Shown here in pieces: positions 18,448 through 27,385 of a stretch of 64,000 nucleotides of DNA. The notes beneath the pieces were generated by a model. That model searched no databases. It was not told the origin of the DNA and saw only the letters and a list, made by a program, of their open reading frames with translations. The position numbers and the translations under genes are program-made. Within the stretch, counting starts at the first letter, position 1. Every line of letters starts with the position of its first letter. This stretch comes from a bacterium (GTDB lineage: Bacteria > UBA8248): assembly GCA_965213625.1 (NCBI GenBank), contig CBDBZU010000004.1, positions 3,136,001-3,200,000 of the forward strand. The letters are read 5' to 3'.

Positions 18448-19692
18448 ATGGTGACGGAAAAGACCCTCCACAAACTGGCCATTCTCGGTGGGCAATCCTT
18501 CGACGATAGGGAGGGCCCGCCCGGCATGCGGAAACATCCTATATTTCGGCGCAAATTCTTGGCTTCAGACACGCCGGCGATATTTCCGGTCCCCTTCAAG
18601 GGCGGTCGCATCATGCCCCTTCTCTCCACCATGATGACCAACGCCTGCAGCTACGACTGCCACTACTGCCCCATGCGCGCCTCGCGCAACATGCCCCGCC
18701 ACTCCTTCAGCCCCGAGGAGTTGGCCGACACCTTCATGGCGCTCAAAAAGAGAAACCGCGCCGAGGGGCTTTTCCTCACCAGCGGGATTCCGGGCAGCGG
18801 CGTCACTGGCGTGGACAGGATGATAGCGGCGGCGGAAATCCTGCGATTCAAACATCGTTTTGGCGGCTATATCCACTTGAAAATGCTGCCCGGCGTAGAG
18901 GACTCCCAATTAAACCGCGCCGCACAAATTGCTACGAGGCTTTCGGTGAACTTAGAAGCCGCCACCCAGCAAGGTCTTCACGCCATGGCGCCCGAAAAAA
19001 AACTGGAAACCGACCTGAAACCCGCCCTCCATTACGTGGGGGAGATGGCGCGCGAGTCTTTTTTTGAAAGATCTGGCCTCATCAAAGGAGGCGTGACGAC
19101 ACAGTTCATCGTGGGCGCCAGCGGGGAGAGCGATATGGACGTGCTCACATCCTCCCACTCGCTCCAGAGGAAGGGCATTTTGCGCCACACGCATTTCAGC
19201 GCTTTCAAGCCCGTGGAGGACACGCCGATGGACGGGGTGCCGTCTGTCTCCAAAAAGCGCGAGCACAGGCTTTATCAGGCTGAGCACCTCCTGCGCGAGT
19301 ATGAATTTGGGCTGGATGAGATTCCCGCCGCAGACGGCAATCTGGCGCTCGATGAAGATCCCAAAACGACGTGGGCCAGGAGAAACCTCTCGCAATTCCC
19401 TGTGGAGATCATGACGGCGGACCCCCGTACGCTCATGCGCGTGCCGGGCATTGGCCCCACATGGGCGAAACGCCTGGTCGAGGTACGCAGAAAGGTTCAT
19501 ATCCGCGATTTCAGGGAGCTGACGCGCCTGGGACGCATACGCAAATCGGCGGCGGGCTGGCTCATGCTGCGCGGCAAACGCCTGGGGCCCGAACCCGTGC
19601 TCGCCACGCAGATGAGCCTCGGTCTGCAGCACAGGGGCAAAAGACGCGTGCACCCCTCGATGAGCAACTTGCCCCCCTGTTCTTTTCGCTGA
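18448..19692 (+). CDS. Putative DNA modification/repair radical SAM protein with helix-hairpin-helix domain (TIGR03916-like)
   Basis: TNACSYDCHYC, EGLFLTSG, GYIHLK, RLSVNLE, REHRLYQA, DPKTTWA, LMRVPGIG; RBS AAGGAG. Confidence 0.85.
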   Translation: MVTEKTLHKLAILGGQSFDDREGPPGMRKHPIFRRKFLASDTPAIFPVPFKGGRIMPLLSTMMTNACSYDCHYCPMRASRNMPRHSFSPEELADTFMALKKRNRAEGLFLTSGIPGSGVTGVDRMIAAAEILRFKHRFGGYIHLKMLPGVEDSQLNRAAQIATRLSVNLEAATQQGLHAMAPEKKLETDLKPALHYVGEMARESFFERSGLIKGGVTTQFIVGASGESDMDVLTSSHSLQRKGILRHTHFSAFKPVEDTPMDGVPSVSKKREHRLYQAEHLLREYEFGLDEIPAADGNLALDEDPKTTWARRNLSQFPVEIMTADPRTLMRVPGIGPTWAKRLVEVRRKVHIRDFRELTRLGRIRKSAAGWLMLRGKRLGPEPVLATQMSLGLQHRGKRRVHPSMSNLPPCSFR

Positions 19693-19731
19693 TAAGACGG
19701 CCAAACAGCAAGATGGAATGCGCACGAGCGC

Positions 19732-19760
19732 TTGACGCGAAAAAGCGATAAGACTACCCT
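19732..19760 (+). promoter_or_regulatory. Probable tRNA promoter
   Basis: TTGACG-N17-TACCCT about 50 nt upstream of the tRNA. Confidence 0.5.
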
Positions 19761-19811
19761 TCCCGTCTCTCGCCATCGCGCCATGCGTGATGCGGGCAGA
19801 CACCGCTTCAT

Positions 19812-19886
19812 GGCCCCTTCGTCTAGCGGTCAGGACACCGGCCTCTCACGCCGGTAACAGGGGTTCGAGTCCCCTAGGGGTCACCA
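19812..19886 (+). tRNA. tRNA-Glu (anticodon CTC)
   Basis: Acceptor GGCCCCT / AGGGGTC, anticodon arm CCGGC-CTCTCAC-GCCGG, T arm AGGGG-TTCGAGT-CCCCT, encoded CCA. Confidence 0.97.
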
Positions 19887-19924
19887 AAAGAAAAACCCTC
19901 AATCAACTCAGACTGAATAGCCCC

Positions 19925-20569
19925 TCAACTCCAGGTGTTCATATGTACGATCTCATCGAGCGGACGCCGCTTGGCGGGCCTGAAATTCGTCCCCTTCGTA
20001 TAGGCCACCGGAATGAGCGCCACCTGCATGAAATCATCCGGCACGCCGAGAAGTTCCGCCGCCTCCTCCTCACATCGCAGATGCAGCGTGGTGTACACCG
20101 AACCCAGTCCCCGCGAGCGAAGCGCCAACTGGAAACTCCACACCGCCGGGATGACGGAACCCATCAGCCCTGCCCACATGAACCTCGGCGGGTTTTGGGG
20201 CAGGAAATTCTGGATGCACGGAATCACGTGCACGGGCGCGCGCTCGATGTTTTCGGCCAGATAGACGGCGGAATCGAACACCCGCTCATCCTGCGCGGCG
20301 CCGCTCTCGCGCGCCTGCTCCAGGCCTTGCGCGAGGTAATCATCCCCTCCCTTACAGTATAACCGCCCAAGTTCACGGCGCATACCCTCATCCGTCACCA
20401 CCAGCCAGCGCCAGCCCTGGCGATTCGAACCCGTGGGCGCCTGAAGGCCGAGTTCAAGGCAATCCATCACAACTTGGGCCGGCACCTCGCGCTCGAAATC
20501 AAGTCGCTTGCGCACCGAGCGCGTCGTGGAGAGAAGTTTATCGGTCATTTCCAGGTCAAAATCGGCCAT
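19925..20569 (-). CDS. Nitroreductase family protein
   Basis: TTRSVRKRL, APTGSNRQGWRW, LALRSRGLGS, ALIPVAY. Confidence 0.9.
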   Translation of the reverse strand: MADFDLEMTDKLLSTTRSVRKRLDFEREVPAQVVMDCLELGLQAPTGSNRQGWRWLVVTDEGMRRELGRLYCKGGDDYLAQGLEQARESGAAQDERVFDSAVYLAENIERAPVHVIPCIQNFLPQNPPRFMWAGLMGSVIPAVWSFQLALRSRGLGSVYTTLHLRCEEEAAELLGVPDDFMQVALIPVAYTKGTNFRPAKRRPLDEIVHMNTWS

Positions 20570-20727
20570 GCAGTGCTCCTTTCAGTTGCTTGTCAGTTGG
20601 TTTCAGGTGAGATGGCGCATGTTATCAGAACAACCAAGCGTACGTAACGCGCCGCCACTCCGGTTCCCAAGAGTGGAGGGTTCTCCTATAATCCCCGGAA
20701 AACCCCTTTACCAAGACGAGGAAAATC

Positions 20728-21411
20728 ATGTCGAACCAGGCAAGCGAGATGAGCAAAATCCAGTTACTGAACCCAGATGAGGCGGCGGGCGATACGGCGC
20801 GCTTTTTCGAGGCGACGCGCGAGTTTCTGGGCCGCATCCCCAATTCCGCGCTCGCGATGGCGAACACGCCCTACATCGCGCGGTTTTATCTCCCCTTCAA
20901 CGCCACACTCCAGCGCGAGGGCATGGGCGGGCTTTTGACGTGCAAGATAAAGGAGATCGTGGTTCTCAAGACAAGCTTCGTGAACTCTTGCGCCTACTGA
21001 ATCGCGCACAATACGGCGCTTGGTCAAGCGACGGGAATCACGGAAGCACAAATCGAGGCCATCGCCTCGGACGATTACATGACTTCGCCACTCTTAAGTC
21101 CGCGCGAACGAGCCGCCTGCCTGTGGGCGGAGCACTTTACGAGAAACACCGCGCGCGAGAATCCGGACGTGCTCGAAGAAGTGAAGCGACAATTCACCGA
21201 CGGCGAGATCGTCGAGATGTCCCTCATGAGCGGCAAACAGGGCATGATGAACCGCTTCATGGATTCGTTCGCCATCCCCATCGAAAATGAGGGCGAGGTG
21301 AACAAGATCAAGAAATCCGTGCGCGGAAATCCCGACAAGATGAAGGCCTACCTGCAGTCTTTGATCGACAACTGGCCCGAGGAGTTCCCCGAGCCCAACC
21401 CGGACGAGTAG
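20728..21411 (+). CDS. AhpD/carboxymuconolactone-decarboxylase-like selenoprotein (CxxU), UGA at 20998-21000 read as Sec
   Basis: ORFs 20728..21000 and 21079..21411 share a frame and are separated by a single TGA. Read-through gives KEIVVLKTSFVNSCAY-U-IAHN (CxxC-xx-H pattern of AhpD). A hairpin follows. Confidence 0.85.
21014..21033 (+). promoter_or_regulatory. SECIS-like hairpin
   Basis: Stem CGCTT / AAGCG (21017-21030) with GGTC loop starting 22 nt after the UGA, extendable by 2 bp across a G-A mismatch. Confidence 0.65.
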
Positions 21412-21499
21412 GCGACGAAGACGGGAAGGCCTGTTTTGTCCTGTGAGGAAATGCGGACAAATACGGGGAGGTGCGTGGTTCCGAAAAAATTTTTATTTC

Positions 21500-21619
21500 G
21501 ATAAATATCCGAAATTATTTAATATGCTACTTTAACATACAGCCGCATCATGCTGATATGTAGCCTTATATATATTTATCAGACATCTTAACATTTTCAG
21601 ATATTTATCGATATTTATC
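21500..21619. repeat. Repeated GATATTTATC motif in an AT-rich patch
   Basis: GATATTTATC at 21600 and 21610, ATATTTATC at 21572, inverted GATAAATATC at 21500. Confidence 0.55.
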
Positions 21620-22142
21620 TTATTACACAGAAATTCCGGTTTCGCGCGTTTCCCCGCGCTTCGGAAGTCTCCGGTCGCAGCGAAAACCTCGACCAGAGGC
21701 GTGTTGCAAGTGGCGGCCGTCCGGTCCGATCGCCGCGATCCATCTGCCTGGCGTGTCGGCTTCACACGCTCCATCCGCCGCGACGTGATGAAAGCGCCAC
21801 CTGAAATTACCCTCATTTTCACCTCTTCCTCATAAAAATTTTTACATTTGTCTGCCCAGCCACATCGACCCGCTGCGCCCCGAAGTAGGTAGCGTGCGGC
21901 CCGCCAATCTAACGAAAAGCCCGAGTCGCGCGGTGACGCCAAATGCGGGGAATTGCGGGCCAAAAGCGAGTGATGAGCGAGTATCGCGATGCCGGTCGGG
22001 CAGGAATAGCGTATCCAGCCAAGAAAGGAGGATATGCACAATCCCTGCGGAAATAGGCCCCTATTACGAACTGCTTACGGACCCGTCGCGGGGTTTTCAT
22101 TCCTCTGAATTTTCGATTTCTTAACGGTTTCTTTATGAAAAC

Positions 22143-22171
22143 TTGACAAATATCGCTGCTGGGCCCATATT
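22143..22171 (+). promoter_or_regulatory. Probable sigma70 promoter upstream of the lipoprotein gene
   Basis: TTGACA-N17-CATATT, about 290 nt before ATG 22461. Confidence 0.5.
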
Positions 22172-22460
22172 TTAATTACCAGTCAAATTAGGACCCAACT
22201 CACCTACATAGCAGCCCTTCTCGGGCAGCCGCCGCAACAAGACGTATTTCTTGCGGGATTGCGCACGAACCGTATGGCAAGCCGCAAGTGGTTTGCGACC
22301 TTCCCGAGCCGTCGATCGGTATGGTCAAGTTGTCGCCGCCTTCGAATGGATGAGATTGCGCCGGGAGGTAGTGCTGCTCTTCTCCTGAGATTCAATCTCC
22401 ATCCAAACCTTGGGCGTCATACTTCTGTTCCGGAGAAGCGCCTGCAAAAGGGGAAGGAAA

Positions 22461-24674
22461 ATGAGCCAAATTAGACTGCGAATCTCGGTTATAGCTCTTC
22501 TAGCGGTTGTAGCTGCCGCCTCCTTCGGTTGTGGCGGAGGATCCGGCTCCGGCTCGGCGGCCAGCGGCGGTTTCATCCCTGCCGTGATACCGGGCAACGA
22601 CTAGCCGACCAGAAGTGGAGGTAGTGACGCCATCCTTGGCACTCCGCCATCGAATGGAGACGGTGGAAACGGAGCCGTCGGTTCGACGCAGAATCCACAA
22701 TCCGCGCAGCAACTGGTTCAAAACGGCAATCAGGGAGAAGACGGGGAAGAGAAACCCGGCAACTCCACAAACTCGACGACCGGCACTGAAAGCGAAAACA
22801 TCGTCATTGACGCTCCACCATCGAATGAAGGCGGGGGAAACGGAGCCGGCAGCCCAACACAGAATTCTAATACCGCACGACAAGGTCTAGGGGAATTTCA
22901 ACTACCTCCGGGGCATGGCATCGAGCCAGGCCTGATTGAAGTGCAGGGGGGTGTATCAGAAGAATTCGGCAATATTATAATCTCGTGCCCTTACACCGAC
23001 GGCTTCTCGAGTTGCTTCATCAATGTCGGGGTGAACGGCGTGGCGACCTACTCTGAAAACGGAACCGCCCCCAACTACAGGCATAGTCCACGCTATGAAT
23101 ACCTGGACATCCCTTTGCCCAGAGCCGTCGACTGGCAACAAGCGCCTGTAATAGACCATGGAGACATAATGCACGTTGGGGCCAATGTCGCGCCTCAAGA
23201 CGGCGTGTTGACCGAAGGAATCGCCCGCAACGGAGTAAGTGTTTCATACGGACAGGTCCGGGACGGCCTCGGGGCGGACAGACTCCTCGAATTTATGAAA
23301 CAGCATATTAGTATTGAAGAAAAGCTCGCCTATTCCGGCGTGAACAACGGCTCGGGTCTCGAAACCTTTCCCGAGCCCCCAACCATCCGTCTCGCTGAGG
23401 GAACCAGCGAGTTATATACAAAGTTTGCGGCGCACGCCGTTCAGTTGATCAACAGCGCCTTACCCATTGATAAGCGCATCACGCTAAGCATGGAGACTCT
23501 GCCGGCAGATGCGTCGAACGATGACATCCCAGAGGGGCAGATTCTTCTCAATTTCTCTAAACTCGCCAATCACACACAGTTGGGTGGTGCTTCAACTATT
23601 ACCAACACAGAATTTAATACCGAAACACAGCGTGATGAAGTCCAACAGACGAGCAAAGCCAGAACCACAATAAACGATGATTTATTTCGATTTGCCTTTG
23701 TGTTTAACCCAACGTCGGATAAGGAAGAACTGGCCGAACGTTGGGAGGGCAAATTATTGGATAGCCGGGTGTCGAATACGGACATGATCATCAAATGGTT
23801 CAACGATGGCATTTTGCTTTCAGTTATTGTTCACGAACTGATGCATACACTCGGATTTTATCATATCGACGACGTGCGATTTTCCGATTCAATTTTACAT
23901 CCGGAAGCAGAATCAAATAATGGCCAAGTACAAGTATATTCACCATACCTGGATGGGGCGGTAATCATGTTGTTCGTTTTCCCAAATGATACGGAGGAAT
24001 CAGGCCAATCCGGATATCTCCCAGCACAACGAAACGAAGGCTACATCATCACACCCAGAGCTAGATCCGTACACGGGCACGTCCTGTATCCCATCGACAG
24101 AGAGGCCCTGCTGGCGGCCTACAACAGACTCGCTCCAGGCACTCAGCCGGAAGAACTGACGGCGGAAAACTTAGGGTCTTGGAGCGACACGTCATTACAT
24201 CTGCGCGGGGATGTGGATGTTCGGGGCGGAGGGGCCTCATTCGGCGTCGCATTGAGAAACGGCTTCGCGCAGCCATGGGCCGCGGGTCCCTCACCGTGGA
24301 CGGACCTCCGGGACAACCGCTTTGTGTCGGGAAGCGCAACCTGGAACGGCGCTCTCCTGGGGGTCGATTTTTCATCGGAAACGATCTCTGGCGACGCTTC
24401 GCTCTCCGTCAATCTGACAAGTCTCACCGGGCGACTCGACTTCACAGGCTTGGAGAAATGGGGAGTGAACGAAGCGCCTGGAGCAGCCGGCAGCGGGACG
24501 ACGTGGGTCGATGGTGATCTGGGATACACGGTCCAGGTTCGCGGCAACACCTTCATCCAGACCGGCGGAGACGACGGCTATGTAACCGGCGCGTTTTTCG
24601 GCCCCGTCCACGAGGCCATGGGCGGCGTGCTCGAACGCGCAGACCTCTCGGCGGGCTTCGGCGGTAAGCGGTAA
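22461..24674 (+). pseudogene. Surface lipoprotein with metzincin motif and TbpB-like C-terminal barrel, interrupted by one in-frame TAG (22602-22604)
   Basis: RBS AAGGA, signal peptide ending ASFG-C, G/S/N-rich linker. The frame is open from 22605 into ORF 22941..24674. HELMHTLGFYH motif; C-terminus VTGAFFGP.HEAMGGVL...GFGGKR. Confidence 0.7.
22642..22848 (+). repeat. Imperfect 36-bp direct repeat within the lipoprotein linker
   Basis: 22642-22677 versus 22813-22848, 171 nt apart; peptides PPSNGDGGNGA / PPSNEGGGNGA. Confidence 0.75.
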
Positions 24675-24719
24675 CGAGAACAACAAACTGAGAGAGGATA
24701 CACGCCGCGCAGCCACAGC

Positions 24720-25754
24720 CTAGAAATACTCCCGCACCTCAACCGTGCGGCCCATGCGCGAGCTCGCGTCCGCGGCGTAGACGACGGCCAGGTTCTCATG
24801 CGCTACGCGGCCGTCGACTTCCGGCGTGCGGCCCTCGCGAACGCAGTCGGCGAAATCCTCGAGCGCGTCGCGGAACATGTCTCCTTCGGGCATGTCGTAT
24901 ACGGTATCTTCGCCCAGCGGGTCCCGGTCCACATGGAGGCGGATGGGTTCCGGCGCCTTCGAAGGGTCGCGCCACTGCTGGCCCGTGATGCGGAAATGTG
25001 CGACGCCCTTCGTGCCATGCACGTTCATGTGAAACGCCCAGGGGCACGCCCAGCCCCCGCCGACGTAGGAGAGCGCGCCGCTCTCATGCTCCAGGATCAT
25101 CATCGAGCTGTCGTCCACGTCCTCGGTCGCATAGGCGCGCTTTAACTTCGCCGTGACGCTCTTTATCGGCCCATGCAGGTAGCGGAAGGTGTCGATATGG
25201 TGGATCGATAGCTGGATAACGACGCCCGTGGGGTTGAGCTCCCGGCTCGATCGCCATTTGTCGGGCGTGAGTTCCAGCCCACGCTCGGTGCAGAAGTTGC
25301 TCTCGCTCATCGAGACGCATCCGATTTCGCCCGCCTCGATTAGCTCCTTCATGCGGCGTGACACCGCCAGGCGGCGCGCGCTATGGCCCACCGCCAGCTT
25401 GACGCCTGCACCCTCCGCCGCATCCACGATGGCCCTTGAATGCTCCAGGCTGTGGGCGATTGGTTTTTCGCAATAGACGTGCTTGCCCGCGGCGGCCAGC
25501 GCCTCGATGTGCTCCTTGTGGTTGTGATTGGGCGTCGTGAGTATGACGGCCTCGATTTCATCGTCATTCAAAAGCGCGTCGAAGCTCTCCGCCTCGCGTG
25601 CGCCGTAGCGCTCCATGAAGGCGGTGCGTTTTTCCGCCGTGCGGCTGAAGCACGAGACGATCCGTATTTTGCCTCCTCGGAGTGCGGCGTCGGCGAGCAC
25701 GTTTGCCCAGCGGCCCAGCCCCATCGAGGCGACGCGCACGGGTTCGAACGACAT
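24720..25754 (-). CDS. Gfo/Idh/MocA family oxidoreductase
   Basis: GLGRW, TPNHNH, GKHVYCEKP, IHHID; AAGGAG RBS before ATG 25754. Confidence 0.9.
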   Translation of the reverse strand: MSFEPVRVASMGLGRWANVLADAALRGGKIRIVSCFSRTAEKRTAFMERYGAREAESFDALLNDDEIEAVILTTPNHNHKEHIEALAAAGKHVYCEKPIAHSLEHSRAIVDAAEGAGVKLAVGHSARRLAVSRRMKELIEAGEIGCVSMSESNFCTERGLELTPDKWRSSRELNPTGVVIQLSIHHIDTFRYLHGPIKSVTAKLKRAYATEDVDDSSMMILEHESGALSYVGGGWACPWAFHMNVHGTKGVAHFRITGQQWRDPSKAPEPIRLHVDRDPLGEDTVYDMPEGDMFRDALEDFADCVREGRTPEVDGRVAHENLAVVYAADASSRMGRTVEVREYF

Positions 25755-25806
25755 ATTGTTACTCCTTACAGATGGGGGTCCGGGTGTCGGCTGAATCCGG
25801 TATTCA

Positions 25807-26030
25807 AGGGGTTGTTGAAATCCCTCTTGCGGGTCAGGCCGAACCATTCCCCCTTTGTGGGGTGGTTCACCGTAGGGACAACCCTCCGTGGTTGTCCTTT
25901 TGCAGGATGGTTTGAATCGGGACAGGCACGGAGGCCTGTCCCTACGGGGCGGCGCCTCCCCGGTCGGTTTGATTGCCCTCTCACCTGCATGAAAAGCAAC
26001 CCCCGACAAGTGGGACTTTCAACAACCCCT
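25807..26030. mobile_element. MITE-like element with perfect 14-bp terminal inverted repeats
   Basis: AGGGGTTGTTGAAA (25807-25820) / TTTCAACAACCCCT (26017-26030), extendable inward with one indel; no transposase. Confidence 0.7.
25872..25945. repeat. GTAG-type REP doublet (REPIN-like)
   Basis: GTAG-GGACAACC-CTCCGT-GGTTGTCC plus an inverted copy GTAG-GGACAGGC-CTCCGT-GCCTGTCC. Confidence 0.75.
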
Positions 26031-26079
26031 CATGAGGACAAACGAACCCCAGAAAAACTCCACTCCACTCAAGTCCGCG

Positions 26080-26547
26080 TTAGATGCTCACCTGGAAATT
26101 CGGCAGGCGGACACCACCTCCCGCATCGGCAGACGCCGCGCTCAATTCCTCGAGCGTGGTCTCGCGCAGCGTCTTGTCTATGGCGTCTTCCAGTTTTTTC
26201 CACAAGGCGCGGCTCCAGCACACCGGAATGTTCGGGCACGGCGACGAGGGCGGCTCCTCACCGCAATCGACGGGCTGAATCGTCTCTCCTACCGCGCACA
26301 AAACATCGCGCATGTTGATCCCGGAGGGCGGCAGCGCCAGGATGTAGCCGCCTCCCGGTCCCCTCGTGCTGCTCACCAGAGAGGCCCTGCGCATCTTCAC
26401 GAACAATTGTTCGAGATAATGCTGGCTGATGCCGAGCTTGCCGGCTATCTGGGGCAAAGGAACGGGATGCGTCTGCGAATGCCTGGCCAGCTCAATCATG
26501 GCGAGCACGGCGTATCGTCCCTTGGTCGATATCTTCATCGGCGGCAT
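26080..26547 (-). CDS. Rrf2-family transcriptional regulator, IscR-like with three Cys
   Basis: MKISTKGRYA, HYLEQLF, STRGPGGGY, C-x8-C-x5-C. Confidence 0.9.
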   Translation of the reverse strand: MPPMKISTKGRYAVLAMIELARHSQTHPVPLPQIAGKLGISQHYLEQLFVKMRRASLVSSTRGPGGGYILALPPSGINMRDVLCAVGETIQPVDCGEEPPSSPCPNIPVCWSRALWKKLEDAIDKTLRETTLEELSAASADAGGGVRLPNFQVSI

Positions 26548-26569
26548 CCTCTCATCGTCTCTCCAGGCC

Positions 26570-27385
26570 TCATGGCTGAACGAGCGCTCCGCGCTTCATG
26601 GGGAATTTCGCTTGCCCGCGCTCGGCGAGCGCGCAGACGGGACAATCCGGGTCCTGGGCCACATCCACGCTCCCGACGGCGTTTTTCCACAAATCAGCCG
26701 TCATCAGCCTGTTCGACCAGGCGGGATCGAGCCCCACCAGAACACGCAGCGCGTCTGCGGCCTGCGCCATGCCCACGAAACCGGCCACCGCGCCGAAAAC
26801 GCCCGCATCCCCGCAGTCGAGGCCGCGCGCGTTTGCGCCCTCCTCGCCTACCAGACACCTCAGACACGCGCTCTCACCCGGCAGAATCGTCATCATTTGG
26901 CCGAAAAAGCGCAAGACGCCCCCCATCACCCACGGCCTGCCCGCTTCGGCGCAGGCTTCGTTCAGCGCGAGTTTTGTGGCCAGATTGTCGCTGCCATCGA
27001 CGATGACGTCATAAGGCGCGATGATTCTGGCGACGTTCCCGCTCGTGAGTTTCTGAGGAATCTTGTCCACAGCCACCTCGGCGGAAAGCCTGAATATGGA
27101 ATCAGCGCCTGAGTCCACTTTCAGGCGGCCGATGTCTTCGGTGCGGTGGAGAATCTGGCGCGCGAGGTTGTCGAGCGTCACGGCGTCGTGATCCGCAAGC
27201 CCGATGCGGCCCACGCCCGCCACGGCCAGGGCCAGCGCCGCAGGGCAGCCCAGGCCGCCGACGCCCACGATTAGCGCGGATGAGGCCGCCAGGGCGTTAT
27301 TCCAACTCACGCGTGCCGTGGATGTGCTTGCGGACGCTGGCGGCGCTTTATCGGGCAACCCCTTGCGAGGAAAATGAAGACTCAT
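26570..27385 (-). CDS. ThiF/MoeB-family E1 adenylyltransferase, catalytic core intact but lacking the N-terminal RYxRQ/H helix
   Basis: GVGGLG, DHDAVTLDNLARQ, GRLK, DGSDN, CLRC, DCGDAGV, CPVC; ATGA overlap with the JAB gene stop. Confidence 0.88.
   Translation of the reverse strand: MSLHFPRKGLPDKAPPASASTSTARVSWNNALAASSALIVGVGGLGCPAALALAVAGVGRIGLADHDAVTLDNLARQILHRTEDIGRLKVDSGADSIFRLSAEVAVDKIPQKLTSGNVARIIAPYDVIVDGSDNLATKLALNEACAEAGRPWVMGGVLRFFGQMMTILPGESACLRCLVGEEGANARGLDCGDAGVFGAVAGFVGMAQAADALRVLVGLDPAWSNRLMTADLWKNAVGSVDVAQDPDCPVCALAERGQAKFPMKRGALVQP

Noticed and set aside
21481-21630. Replication origin
   Set aside because: AT-rich, but no TTATCCACA-type DnaA box cluster and no dnaA/parAB context.
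22270-22305. c-di-GMP-I riboswitch (GGCAAGCC...)
   Set aside because: Lacks the GAAA tetraloop and the GACGCAAAG core.
25770-25830. CCTTGAATACCGGATTCAG (minus strand) resembling a 6S RNA 3' motif
   Set aside because: It overlaps the MITE terminal repeat and I see no long 6S-like rod with a central bubble.
25755-26009. 85-aa N-terminal extension of the Gfo/Idh/MocA ORF in the ORF track
   Set aside because: It runs through the MITE/REP element. A good RBS (AAGGAG) and the Rossmann motif place the start at 25754.
19812-26030. Genomic island integrated at tRNA-Glu
   Set aside because: No duplicated tRNA 3' end and no integrase seen nearby; the only tyrosine recombinase is housekeeping XerC.
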